Shown: one piece after another, positions 39,095 to 48,722 of the stretch
Layout of the letters: each line of letters begins with the position of its first letter
Position numbering within the stretch: the stretch's first letter is position 1
Origin: a plasmid
Sequence record: NZ_CP118990.1
Length of the DNA stretch: 64,000 nucleotides
Reading direction: 5' to 3' (one strand)
The notes under the pieces: generated by a model
Seen by the model: only the letters and a program-made list of their open reading frames with translations
What the model was told of the DNA's origin: nothing
Databases searched by the model: none
Made by a program: the position numbers and the translations under genes

Positions 39095-41869
39095 ATGAAC
39101 AACCAATCGGTAGTCTACAAATTCATTGCAGCTACACTGACGCTCACCATTTCAATGCTGCCTGTGCATGGGTACGCCGCTGACGGCATCGCTAAAGTCG
39201 GAATGGAAGCTCAGGATCTGGGCAATGAGATGGCTAACTCATTCAAAGGATCGTCGGGTTCGGTGCAGAACGGGCAAATTACACTGCCATCCATCAAAGA
39301 TGGGAAATTTGATACATCAGGACAGGCTAGTTTTAGCGTCAATGAGCTATTCCCAGGTACTAGCGGTTCAAATTCTCAAGGGAGTAGCTACTACTTCCCG
39401 GATGCGAACAATCCGAACGTTGATAATTTAAAGGGTATGTACGACTCGAATACGAATATGGATTCGCAAGGCGGTAATGCTCAAGGTTCTCTTTATTCTG
39501 ATGCGAATGGTAGTAGTCCATCAATATCCGGTGCGGCATATAAAGTGTTGCTTGATGCAGCCAATCGCTCAAGGCCTGATTTCTCCAATGATCCGATGCT
39601 AAATATGAGCAAAGACACCTATGAGAATATAGATCTTATTTCACAGGGGTTTGGGGATTGCTCTGCTGAGTCAGTGATTAAAGACTCCACTCTAAATACT
39701 CATGTGCCGAAATATGAACGCTGCCAGAGAGTAATGGATCAGAGTGCTGACTGCGAGGTTCTTCATGATTATGATGCGTCGGTTGTGAAGCACTATGACG
39801 GTCCATACAACATAAAATCGTGCGGTGCTGACTGCACTGAATTATGGATTGGTCAGGTTGCGGATAACTACTGGAAAGGCTGGTGTACTATTTATGAAGA
39901 ATACACCAGAGTGATTGTTAGCAACCCTGAGGCAATTGTTTCTGCAACTTTGGAATACGCAAAGTATGACGATTACATGCAAGTTTGGGTAGGCAAATCA
40001 GGAGCGGAAACAAAAGTTTGGCAGGGGCCGAATAACGATTTTCCTCCAGAAACAGCTGGTGAATGTGAGTTGAATACAAGCTGGGAGCAAAACCCAAATG
40101 TAGACGTTACTAAATACTTTAAGAACGTTAACCCAGGGGATGTTGTTACATTTAAAATTAGAGTTTCGGTAGCTGATGAAGGTGAGGGGTTCGGGCGAAT
40201 TAAACTGAGATTTGACCCTTCTAAAACGGTCACAAAGGATACCTGGACTCCACAATCCTGTTTGGACTCGGCTAAAGGTGTCGTTGATAAATTTGCTAAG
40301 GGTTCTTTCGTGTGCAATGACATGCCTGTGGTTGATGCGGATAAATGCACAATTCTGAACGGCATTCGTGTTTGTGAAAGTGACCTTGCTGAATCCCCTC
40401 TGCCGGGGATTGATCGCTTGTGCAGAAAGGTACATGTCAAGGCTGACTGGGATTATTATAAGGGGCAAATGGAGTGCTGGGTTGACCCTCAAGGGGAAAA
40501 GCATTGCCCGGTTAATAATGGTGGAAATCTGAACTCATGCAAGCAGTATGAAAACAACCCTCAGTGTGGGTTCATCAGCTCAGAGTGTATTGACGGTGCA
40601 CAGGGTCAGTCAGGCACATGTTATGTGTTCAAGGATACCTACGATTGCGGCACAGATGTTAAAGTCCCCTCCATGGAGAAGGAGACAGAGTTCAAGTGTG
40701 GGGGACCTATTCGTTGCATGGGTGACGATTGTCTCGACATGACTAAGACGCAGAGCTCAGACTTTGCAAAAGCAACGGCATTGCTCAACGCCGCGCAGTT
40801 TATGACTCAAGATATGACTTGCACGGGCCAAGATGGAAATGACAAGCCTACGGGCGAAGAGAACGTTATTTGTTCCGCCTTTGCGGGAAAAAAAGGCGAG
40901 TGTAAAATTGCGGTCGGCGGCGTATCAGACTGCTGTGAAAAGCCGACCAATATTTCTTTGTCTGATTACCTCGCCTTGATCATGGCGGTGCCAAAGCTGG
41001 ATGGTGCTGTAATGAGCCTAAGTGACGGTAATGTGATGAAAGGGGCATATCAGGTAATCCGCGACCCGGCTGTCCAAGGATGGACCGAAGTTACTAAGCC
41101 ATTCACCAGTTACGTTGAAAACCTGTCAGGAAGTGTGGACTCATTCACTCAGCCAATTGAGCAGTTCGTTGATCAATTTATTGATCAGATTAAAGCTCAG
41201 ATAAAAGAAGTGATGATGGATGTGTTTAAATCAGCTGGGCAAGATGCTGCAACTGAACAGGCGGCCGCGGCCGCTTCCGAACAGGCAGCAGAGCAATTGA
41301 TGCAAAGCGCCGCCACATGGATGAGTACGGCAATGACCATTTATACAATTTATGTCGTTACAATGGTCATGATTCAAATGATCTGGAAGTGTGAAGAAGA
41401 TGAGTTCACTATGAATGCGCAACGTGCTTTGGATAATTGCACCTATGTTGGTTCATATTGTAAAACGAAAGTATTGGGTCAATGTATTGAGGAGCGAGAA
41501 GCTTATTGCTGCTTTAACTCCCCCCTTTCTAGAATTATCCAAGAGCAAGTTAGACCTCAGTTGGGACAAGACTTTGGCTCGGCAGAAAGCCCACAATGCC
41601 AAGGTATTCCTCTGGCTGACATTGGGAAAATTGACTGGAATAAAGTGGATTTGACCGAATGGCTCGGTATTTTACAGCAGAACGGGAAGTTTCCAAATCC
41701 ACAAGACATGGACATCAACAAGCTTACCGGTCAGGGCAGTGATTTTAATATTGATGGTGGAAGAAAAAATGCTCAGGAAAGAGCAACAGATAGACTAGAT
41801 GGTATTGATGTTGATGCTGTCAGGAAAAAGGTGACTGACAATATGGATGTTCCTACTGGTAGCAATTAA
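39095..41869 (+). CDS. traN: type-F mating-pair stabilization protein TraN
   Basis: 924-aa cysteine-rich secreted protein located after traU. Confidence 0.8.
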   Translation: MNNQSVVYKFIAATLTLTISMLPVHGYAADGIAKVGMEAQDLGNEMANSFKGSSGSVQNGQITLPSIKDGKFDTSGQASFSVNELFPGTSGSNSQGSSYYFPDANNPNVDNLKGMYDSNTNMDSQGGNAQGSLYSDANGSSPSISGAAYKVLLDAANRSRPDFSNDPMLNMSKDTYENIDLISQGFGDCSAESVIKDSTLNTHVPKYERCQRVMDQSADCEVLHDYDASVVKHYDGPYNIKSCGADCTELWIGQVADNYWKGWCTIYEEYTRVIVSNPEAIVSATLEYAKYDDYMQVWVGKSGAETKVWQGPNNDFPPETAGECELNTSWEQNPNVDVTKYFKNVNPGDVVTFKIRVSVADEGEGFGRIKLRFDPSKTVTKDTWTPQSCLDSAKGVVDKFAKGSFVCNDMPVVDADKCTILNGIRVCESDLAESPLPGIDRLCRKVHVKADWDYYKGQMECWVDPQGEKHCPVNNGGNLNSCKQYENNPQCGFISSECIDGAQGQSGTCYVFKDTYDCGTDVKVPSMEKETEFKCGGPIRCMGDDCLDMTKTQSSDFAKATALLNAAQFMTQDMTCTGQDGNDKPTGEENVICSAFAGKKGECKIAVGGVSDCCEKPTNISLSDYLALIMAVPKLDGAVMSLSDGNVMKGAYQVIRDPAVQGWTEVTKPFTSYVENLSGSVDSFTQPIEQFVDQFIDQIKAQIKEVMMDVFKSAGQDAATEQAAAAASEQAAEQLMQSAATWMSTAMTIYTIYVVTMVMIQMIWKCEEDEFTMNAQRALDNCTYVGSYCKTKVLGQCIEEREAYCCFNSPLSRIIQEQVRPQLGQDFGSAESPQCQGIPLADIGKIDWNKVDLTEWLGILQQNGKFPNPQDMDINKLTGQGSDFNIDGGRKNAQERATDRLDGIDVDAVRKKVTDNMDVPTGSN

Positions 41870-41885
41870 CCCGAATTGCGTGAAA

Positions 41886-41912
41886 AAGGGAGGCATGATG
41901 CCTCCTTTTTTA
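41886..41912 (+). terminator. rho-independent terminator after traN
   Basis: AAGGGAGGCATGATGCCTCCTTTTTTATT. Confidence 0.8.
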
Positions 41913-41934
41913 TTGGGTGCAGGTTGCTAGATCT

Positions 41935-42600
41935 AGCCCGCCAGCCGGGGGATCATGGCCGGGGGCCTGCGGCGGCCCCGGTTCCCGAGCGGCGGCGGCC
42001 GATGCCGGTGCGGCTGGATGCCGGAGCTCGCCCACCAGCCGGGGGATCATGGCCGAGGGCCTGCGGCGGCCCCGGTTCCTGAGCGGCGGAGGCCGGTACC
42101 GGTGCGGCTGGGTGCCGGAGCTGGCCCGCCAGCCGGGGGATCATGGCCGGGGGCCTGCGGCGGCCCCGGTTCCCGAGCGGCGGCGGCCGATGCCGGTGCG
42201 GCTGGATGCCGGAGCTCGCCCACCAGCCGGGGGATCATGGCCGAGGGCCCGCGGCGGCCCTGGTGCTCGATGGGCAGCAGCTGGTGGTGGGTATGGGGGG
42301 GGGGCCCGGAGCCGCCAGCCGGGGGGGATCATGGCCGAGGGCCCGCGGCGGCCCCGGTTCCCGAGCGGCGGCGGCCGATGCCGGTGCGGCTGGATGCCGG
42401 AGCTCGCCCACCAGCCGGGGGGGATCATGGCCGGGGGCCTGCGGCGACCCGGTAGCCGGTTCCAGCTCGGTGCCCTGGTGCTCTATGAGCAGCTGCCGGT
42501 GGACGGAGCCAGAGCTGGCTCACCAGCTGGGGGGATCATGGCCGGGGGCCTGCGGCGGCCCCGGCGAGCCGGTTCCCGCTCGGCGGTGGTCAGAGTGGGT
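41935..42600. repeat. tandem array of about 7 copies of a 94-bp, approximately 80%-GC repeat (last two copies degenerate)
   Basis: CCAGCCGGGGGATCATGGCCG recurs at 41941, 42035, 42129, 42223, 42317 and 42411, with a diverged copy at 42521. Units 1 and 3 are identical. The 94-bp period is not a multiple of 3. Confidence 0.85.
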
Positions 42601-42621
42601 GCTAAGACTGGTATTTGTAGA

Positions 42622-42652
42622 TAAAAAAATGGCCGCTAACAGATGGCGGCCA
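42622..42652 (-). terminator. rho-independent terminator of the minus-strand lipoprotein gene
   Basis: The minus strand reads TGGCCGCCATCTGTTAGCGGCCATTTTTTTAT. Confidence 0.7.
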
Positions 42653-42667
42653 GAGAAGGGGCGATGT

Positions 42668-43549
42668 TTAAGAAGGATAAACAAAGAGCTCGGGTTTACC
42701 CTTTTCAAGCAGATATGGGAATTGGACCTTATCACCACTTTCCATAGTGACTTCTTTCGGAGCTAGATAGATGAAGCCCCAAGTCGGGAGGTTTTGGCTG
42801 ATTTTGGCATAGACAGCTTGTTCAGGAGCATGGCTTGCTGCGCCATTTGTGACATTGATGAAGTTAAACTGCGTTTCATGACCGGAAGTGAAGGCATACG
42901 CATCCCCTTGAACTCCAGTAATGAACGCTGGAGCTGTGCCCCGACTCGGTTCTACGACACGTACCTTGATGGAGCACATATCCGAAACCTTACTTTTACC
43001 ATTGATCCAAGTCGGGCAGCCCCATTCGTTCTTGTAAAATTGGTACGTCAGGTTGCCATCTTTGTCGTAGAGCAGAGTGAACTGCGCTCCTAGATCGGTC
43101 AGCGATGACTCGACAGAAAATTTCACATGTGAAATAAATTTGGCTTGAGCGTCAGCGGGAGATGCAGCCTCGCTTGCGGGCATCCAAGCAAGCAGGCTGT
43201 TACGGGAGCCATGCTGCTTGGGACCTATTGCCCAGTTAGCTAAATTGACCAGCCCGCCCTGCCAGTCAGATAACCCACTAACGCTCGGGGAGATATAGCC
43301 AGAGAGCACATAGGCGGCCCCAAAGGTTTTGGTATCTGTCAGTCGCTCCAACTGATCGCGTGGAACAGACGCATCCTGAATCCCTGTTTTCAGGTCACCG
43401 GCCTCGGCAATGTTGAAGGCGCGGCTGTGGTCAGTTTTGTAAGTTGCCGGTTCATAGCGGGCGCTCGTGCTTGCGCAACCAGAGAGCGTAGTCATGCACA
43501 GAGCTGTAGTGGCGATCAGTATCTTATTCATTACGTTCTCCTTACTCAC
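42668..43549 (-). CDS. lipoprotein of unknown function (variable region after traN)
   Basis: Lipobox MNKILIATTALCMTTLSGC. The start is probably the MNK methionine at 43531. The gene contains the 14-bp palindrome TTTCACATGTGAAA at 43121-43134. Confidence 0.55.
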   Translation of the reverse strand: MSKENVMNKILIATTALCMTTLSGCASTSARYEPATYKTDHSRAFNIAEAGDLKTGIQDASVPRDQLERLTDTKTFGAAYVLSGYISPSVSGLSDWQGGLVNLANWAIGPKQHGSRNSLLAWMPASEAASPADAQAKFISHVKFSVESSLTDLGAQFTLLYDKDGNLTYQFYKNEWGCPTWINGKSKVSDMCSIKVRVVEPSRGTAPAFITGVQGDAYAFTSGHETQFNFINVTNGAASHAPEQAVYAKISQNLPTWGFIYLAPKEVTMESGDKVQFPYLLEKGKPELFVYPS

Positions 43550-43663
43550 CTGAATGGGGTTTCACTTCATTGGCCTAGATAATATCACGGCATCAAAAAA
43601 TGCAACTGTAAAAAAAAGCCCCTCATTCAACTGAGGGGCAAGCACGGGTTGTTACAGGTTGTT

Positions 43664-44359
43664 CTATGCAACAGCTTTATCAGCCTGGTTCTCGATGTCA
43701 GCTTCGGCATCCAGCTCGTGTTGAGCGGCGACCGGGGCGGCTTGCGCAACTTCACTCTCTTTGCCCTTGGCATGAGCGGAGACTCTGGCCCGTTTTTCGA
43801 TGCCAATGATGCGGCCAGACAGTTTGAACAGGCGTTGTTGCCACTGATAGTTCGCTTCGGTCCGTTGCTTGTTGCTGAGGATGGCATTGAGCCAGAGTGT
43901 ATCGACGATACCCATCAAGCCATCAAGCTTGCGGATCAGATGAACAAACTGGGCCACTTGGGGAGAACTAATCTCGATGTCATAGGTGGTCGGATGGCTG
44001 TAGCCAGGCATACCGTCGATACCATTGTCTGCCATAACTTTCTTGAGTTGGGCGGTGCCCTTATCAAGATCTTCGGAAACCTTGGCGATGAGTTCCAGGA
44101 TGATAGCTTCAACCTGGTCGATTTCATCCTGTTCGCCGATGATGCGGAGGATAACATCAATAGAGAACAATGAGTTAGATACCCGGTCGAAACTGCGGTC
44201 CATGACACGTTGTGCCTGGAGGCTGTTCATTGTGACTGAGTTTTTAAACACCGGACGAGAGTAGTCCGGACGACTGATGTTAGGACGCGGCTGGCTTGCC
44301 GCGACAGCTATTTCTGCTTCTGCCATTGATATGCTCCTTAGGGTACGGGGTAAACGCAC
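43664..44359 (-). CDS. hypothetical 231-aa coiled-coil protein
   Basis: Intact ORF with a predicted alpha-helical region. No confident family assignment. Confidence 0.4.
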   Translation of the reverse strand: MRLPRTLRSISMAEAEIAVAASQPRPNISRPDYSRPVFKNSVTMNSLQAQRVMDRSFDRVSNSLFSIDVILRIIGEQDEIDQVEAIILELIAKVSEDLDKGTAQLKKVMADNGIDGMPGYSHPTTYDIEISSPQVAQFVHLIRKLDGLMGIVDTLWLNAILSNKQRTEANYQWQQRLFKLSGRIIGIEKRARVSAHAKGKESEVAQAAPVAAQHELDAEADIENQADKAVA

Positions 44360-44454
44360 GATAAGGATAAAGAGATTTTTTTCGTAATCAGATCGCTCAA
44401 GTTGCCCAAAATGGACACCTACAGCGTTTTCTATCCGAAATAGATCCGCTATAT

Positions 44455-44520
44455 TTGAAGCATCTCAGTCGCTCTGCGACTTTGTGTGAGATAGCTGGTC
44501 TCCAAAAACAAACAGCATTC
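44455..44520 (+). promoter_or_regulatory. R1: diverged copy of the repeated promoter-like module (core GAGATAGCTGGTCTCCAAAAACAAACAGCA)
   Basis: Shares the GATAGCTGGTC(G/T)CC(C)AAAACAA(A/G)CAGCA core with R2-R6. Sits upstream of the gene starting at 44616. Confidence 0.5.
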
Positions 44521-44615
44521 TGCTATGTGCCATCTGGCATTTTTAAACCCCACACCGGGGGCGTACTCCCGGTTATCGGGTGTTGCCCCTGTAATACCTT
44601 TCAGGAGTAACACCA

Positions 44616-44977
44616 TGCACATCATCACTTTCATTGCTGTTCTGTTCGTCGCTCTGGGTATGCTTTTCATCGGCGCGAAGGTCTTTGCACTTTCGTTTGT
44701 TGCCCTTGCCAAGCTGTTTCAGCGCGTCGGCTTGTTCCTCTGGAACAAGCTCCCAGTCGCTTCGATTGGTTTGTTCCTCAAGAACAAACTTGTCGAGCCA
44801 GCAATGCGGTCTTTGAAGGCCGTCATAACAAAGAACGTAGCCAAAGCCCGCAAGCCCAAAGCTACTGTTGTGTTTGAACCGCAAGCATTTAATGTTCCGC
44901 GTATTGATTTCGAGCTGGCCTATCCGGATCTCGATGTCCCTGCGTACTTGCGTAAGGGTACCAATATCGTCTGGTAA
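44616..44977 (+). CDS. small membrane protein (120 aa)
   Basis: The true start is ATG 44616 (MHIITFIAVLFVALGMLFIG), preceded by an AACCC GC-hairpin leader and an AGGAG RBS. The ORF call of 44525 is an upstream extension. Confidence 0.5.
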
Positions 44978-45061
44978 CCTCGGTCGTCACTGACTGTTTT
45001 AACCCATCGGGGCAACTCTCCCCGCTGGGGATGTTGCCCCTTTTAACTCCAGGAGCAACAT

Positions 45062-45154
45062 CATGGAAATCGCTATCATCGCTACATGTATCCCTCCCGC
45101 CTGGTTCATCTCTCGCCCGCTGGTGAAGATTGCTGAGTGGTTTGGCTACCGCTG
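45062..45154 (+). CDS. possible 30-aa small hydrophobic protein
   Basis: ATG preceded by an AACCC GC-hairpin leader and an AGGAG RBS. Followed by a strong terminator. Below the size cutoff of the ORF track. Confidence 0.3.
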
Positions 45155-45164
45155 ATAGTTAATA

Positions 45165-45191
45165 CAAAGAGAGAGGGTCACCTCTCTCTTT
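45165..45191 (+). terminator. rho-independent terminator
   Basis: AAAGAGAGAGGGTCACCTCTCTCTTT. Confidence 0.7.
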
Positions 45192-45268
45192 GGTCAAGCC
45201 TCTGTGGCTTGTCTTTAAAGCCCGCTGCATGAGCTGGCTTTGACGACAAGCTACAGGGGGAATGTCGA

Positions 45269-45448
45269 ATGCAACAACACGTATACGACGATAACAAGGG
45301 CGTCATCTACCTTGCCGACGGGCGCGAAGTTAGGTTTGACTCGACACTCTATTCCAGCGCAGAACTGGCGCATAGCGAAGCGGAGAGATGGGCCAAATTA
45401 ACGGGCGTCATCGGCCAGGACGACGATGTGATGATGTTCGTCCATTAA
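45269..45448 (+). CDS. possible 59-aa protein
   Basis: ATG 45269 preceded by AGGGGGA. Encodes MQQHVYDDNKGVIYLADGREVRF... and is followed by a GC hairpin AGGTGGCCTCACAAAGAGGCCACCT. Confidence 0.35.
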   Translation: MQQHVYDDNKGVIYLADGREVRFDSTLYSSAELAHSEAERWAKLTGVIGQDDDVMMFVH

Positions 45449-45517
45449 TAGGTGGCCTCACAAAGAGGCCACCTCTAACTTGAAGCAAGTCTGCTCACTC
45501 ATGGCTCGGTCATCAGT

Positions 45518-45606
45518 CAGTAGATTTTGTTCTCTTCGGAGAGCGAAAAAGTGCGATAGCTGGTCGCCAAAAACAAACAGCAAACGAACGTTTTTTTTCT
45601 AACCCA
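45518..45606 (+). promoter_or_regulatory. R2: repeated promoter-like module (77 bp identical to R3)
   Basis: AGATTTTGTTCTCTTCGGAGAGCGAAAAAGTGCGATAGCTGGTCGCCAAAAACAAACAGCAAACGAACGTTTTTTT. Lies directly upstream of the type-A leader and the cobS-like gene. Confidence 0.6.
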
Positions 45607-45666
45607 TCCGGGTGCATCCTCCCGGTTCGGGAATAGATGCGCCTGCCATTTATAAGGAACGCATCT

Positions 45667-46635
45667 ATGTCTCAATACGCTCAATACTCAGTAAGCAAGG
45701 TCTTCGGTATGCCAAGCATCCCGGAAAAGGTTTTGGCTGTTGGCTATGCCGATACCACTAACCCGTTCATCCCTGCTACTGATCCCAACTACGTTTTCCG
45801 CAAAGAGTTTCTGCGAGAGGTTTTGGCCTTCCTCAAAGAACCTGGCGGTGACGGGTTGTTCACTACGGGCCCTACCGGGTCAGGTAAAACCTCTGGGATC
45901 ACTGAAATCGCGGGTCGTCTGAATTGGCCTGTACAGCAAATCACTGCCCATGGGCGGATGGAGCTGTGCGACCTGATCGGACATCACGCGCTGATTGCAG
46001 CTAACCCCGGTGAACCCCCTGTCATGAAGTTCATGTATGGACCGCTGGCAGTTGCCATGCGTGAAGGTCATATCCTCCTCATCAACGAGGTGGATCTGGC
46101 TGATCCTGCCGAACTGGCTGGTCTCAATGACGTCCTTGAAGGTCGTCCTCTGGTGATCGCTCAGAACGGTGGTGAAATCATCAAGCCGCACCCGATGTTT
46201 CGTGTGGCTGTTACCGGCAACTCTACTGGTTCCGGTGATGCTTCTGGTTTGTACCAGGGCGTGATGATGCAGAATATCGCCTCAATGGATCGCTATCGTT
46301 TCATCAAGGTGGGATATGCCGAAGATATTGCTGAACTCAGCATTCTTGGACGTGTCACTCCCAACCTGCCGGAGAACATCCGAAGTGGAATGGTGCGTAT
46401 CGCCAACCAGGTGCGCAAGCTGTTCCTCGGTGAGAACGGTGAAGATGGTCAGCTCAGCATTACCATGTCCACTCGGACGTTGGTGCGCTGGGCCAAGCTC
46501 TCTCTCGCCTTCCGTGGTGCCCCTAACGCTCTTGAGTACGCCTTGGATCAAGCTCTGCTTATCCGGGCCGCGAAAGAGGAACGTGAAGCTGTCCTGCGCA
46601 TTGCGAAGGATGTGTTTGGCGAACAGTGGCGCTAA
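45667..46635 (+). CDS. CobS-like AAA+ ATPase (MoxR/CbbQ family, s063-like)
   Basis: Walker A GPTGSGKT and Walker B LLINEVD. The true start is ATG 45667 (MSQYAQYSV), preceded by an AAGGAAC RBS. The ORF call begins at 45637. Confidence 0.8.
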   Translation: MSQYAQYSVSKVFGMPSIPEKVLAVGYADTTNPFIPATDPNYVFRKEFLREVLAFLKEPGGDGLFTTGPTGSGKTSGITEIAGRLNWPVQQITAHGRMELCDLIGHHALIAANPGEPPVMKFMYGPLAVAMREGHILLINEVDLADPAELAGLNDVLEGRPLVIAQNGGEIIKPHPMFRVAVTGNSTGSGDASGLYQGVMMQNIASMDRYRFIKVGYAEDIAELSILGRVTPNLPENIRSGMVRIANQVRKLFLGENGEDGQLSITMSTRTLVRWAKLSLAFRGAPNALEYALDQALLIRAAKEEREAVLRIAKDVFGEQWR

Positions 46636-46648
46636 GGGGAGGGCGGAT

Positions 46649-47545
46649 ATGAAGCTCAATGACTGTCTGTGCCGTCGTTACACCTTTTCTACTGTGACCG
46701 CTTGGCAAGTTAATCAAACGTTCATTGGTTTCAAAGTGCTGCGGGAGCCCAGCTCCTCAGCACCGGGCCAATTAGTGATGGTTGAAATTTGTCAGGTTGT
46801 TATAAATGGAAAGGCTCAAAATTGGTCCGAGCAGCAGCTTGGAAATACCTTTGAAGCCAACAGCTTTGAAACCATCCCGATGGTCTACCAAGACCAAGAA
46901 AAGCAGCATGTGTCGAAGTTAATCGAGCAGGGGTATGTCTACCTGGACGAGGTACTGGTAAACGCAACGACACGTATTGTGCAGGAAGTGGTAAAGGAGC
47001 GGGCGAACACCTCACCTGTGTGGTGTTCAGTCAACTGGTTGTTTACCCCTCCACCTGGAGGGGGAAAGATCTACAAAAAGTTTCTCAACAGAGTATTTGC
47101 CGAAGCCGCCACTTTGATTGAGTTTAAAGTTGAGCGAGATGGGAGCGATGATGAGCAACTATCCGGGGCATTGATGAGAACGGACAGTGGTTTTGAGCTG
47201 AGGGTAGATCGTAGTCTTGGCGAAAACACCATCCATCCTGACACGCTGGAAGGCGCTGGTGAGATTCGCTACGAACATGGTTATTTGCCGTTGCTGATCC
47301 TGATATACCTGCAACAGCAATATGCCTACCATTTCGTCGGTGTGAGCAATGCCCCATGGGTGACGTTCTGCGATGAGCAGGGCAACCCCTTTGAGTATTC
47401 GAACTTTGATTCGCTGGTACCCTTCATTGAGCGGTTCGGTTTCAGCTATGACGAGGTGAGGAAGGATGCGGAAAGGCTTGGCCTTGCGTCTGCACTGATC
47501 CGTCTGGCTGGGATTGAAACCGAGCAAGAGGACTTGTTCTTTTAA
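46649..47545 (+). CDS. hypothetical protein (s064-like position)
   Basis: ATG 46649 preceded by AGGGGAGG. 298 aa. Confidence 0.45.
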   Translation: MKLNDCLCRRYTFSTVTAWQVNQTFIGFKVLREPSSSAPGQLVMVEICQVVINGKAQNWSEQQLGNTFEANSFETIPMVYQDQEKQHVSKLIEQGYVYLDEVLVNATTRIVQEVVKERANTSPVWCSVNWLFTPPPGGGKIYKKFLNRVFAEAATLIEFKVERDGSDDEQLSGALMRTDSGFELRVDRSLGENTIHPDTLEGAGEIRYEHGYLPLLILIYLQQQYAYHFVGVSNAPWVTFCDEQGNPFEYSNFDSLVPFIERFGFSYDEVRKDAERLGLASALIRLAGIETEQEDLFF

Positions 47546-47650
47546 CCTTCGGAAGGGAGCTTTTCCCTTCCAAGTTACTTGTAATTAACCCTTCGGGGGC
47601 ACTACTGCCCCGAGGGGCATGGTGTCCCCCAATCACATTGGAGATACACC

Positions 47651-48655
47651 ATGTCTGAAACTAATTCCTTGGTTGTCCGTATGGCTTCCCGCTTCGGAGT
47701 CGATGGCGATAAGTTCTATGCAACGTTGAAAGCAACGGCATTCAAGCAGCGTGATGGCAGTGAGCCGACACATGAGCAGATGCTGGCGCTCATGGTTGTT
47801 GCGGAACAATACAACCTCAACCCCTTTACTCGGGAAATCTATGCGTTTCCTGACAAGCAGAATAAGGGGATTGTTCCGGTTGTTGGCGTTGATGGCTGGA
47901 GCCGTATCATCAATGACCACCCTCAGTATGATGGCGTCGAGTTCGTCTATACGGACAAAATGGTCAAAATGCCGGGGGCAAATGTCGAGTGCCCTGAGTG
48001 GATTGAGTGCGTGATTTACCGTAAGGACAGATCTCGCCCCACCCGCATCAAGGAGTTTCTCGATGAGGTCTATCGTCCGCCGTTTCAGGGGGATGGTGAG
48101 TATGGTGCGTACACAGTTAACGGTCCCTGGCAGACTCACACCAAGCGTCAACTCCGTCATAAAGTGTTGATTCAGTGTGCTCGGGTCGCGTTAGGTTTCT
48201 CTGGTATCTACGACCAGGATGAAGCCGAACGCATTCGCGAGATGGAGCAAGCTACGGCGATCAATCCCGCTGTAGCCAATCTTCCATCACCGGAAACCGT
48301 AAGTCAGATCGTGCCAGAGCCGGTTCAGGAAGTTGTGCTCATTGAGCACAAAGAAATGGACCCCATGCTGACCAAACTCGTTGGCCGCGCCATTAAAGGC
48401 AATGCCTGGTCTGCGGCACACGAGTATGTTGAAGAGCGATACAAAGGTACTCAGTTGGCGTATGCAGTTCACTACCTTCGTGAGAAGCAGATGGACCACA
48501 TGCCCCCCGCTGATGCCGACTACCAGGACATGCAAGGGCCGGTCATTGAACATGATCAGGCAGGTGCAGCACCGGTAGTTCAGGAATCCAATTCCCAACC
48601 ATCAAGTAAAGTGGAGGAGCCTCCCGTGATGGAAGAGGAAGTATGGTACGAGTAA
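47651..48655 (+). CDS. bet: lambda Red-beta (Bet) family single-strand annealing protein
   Basis: Near-identity to lambda Bet segments, for example KEIYAFPDKQNKGIVPVVGVDGWSRIIN, GPWQTHTKRQLRHKVLIQCARVALGF and GIYDQDEAERI. Confidence 0.9.
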   Translation: MSETNSLVVRMASRFGVDGDKFYATLKATAFKQRDGSEPTHEQMLALMVVAEQYNLNPFTREIYAFPDKQNKGIVPVVGVDGWSRIINDHPQYDGVEFVYTDKMVKMPGANVECPEWIECVIYRKDRSRPTRIKEFLDEVYRPPFQGDGEYGAYTVNGPWQTHTKRQLRHKVLIQCARVALGFSGIYDQDEAERIREMEQATAINPAVANLPSPETVSQIVPEPVQEVVLIEHKEMDPMLTKLVGRAIKGNAWSAAHEYVEERYKGTQLAYAVHYLREKQMDHMPPADADYQDMQGPVIEHDQAGAAPVVQESNSQPSSKVEEPPVMEEEVWYE

Positions 48656-48722
48656 TAAACCCCACCGGGGGGCTTCCCCCCTGTTGGGGGGATCTCCCTC
48701 CTAACCACTGGAGAGGTCCGTC

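Noticed and set aside
41935-42600. Possible CRISPR array
   Set aside because: The whole 94-bp unit repeats head-to-tail with no unique spacers. The unit is far longer than a CRISPR repeat and no cas genes are present.
41917-42766. Multiple ORFs of 166-235 aa on both strands through the GC-rich tandem repeat, encoding Gly/Pro/Arg/Ala-rich proteins
   Set aside because: The 94-bp period is not a multiple of 3, so the reading frames rotate between units. The ORFs exist only because 80%-GC DNA lacks stop codons. There are no RBS signals.
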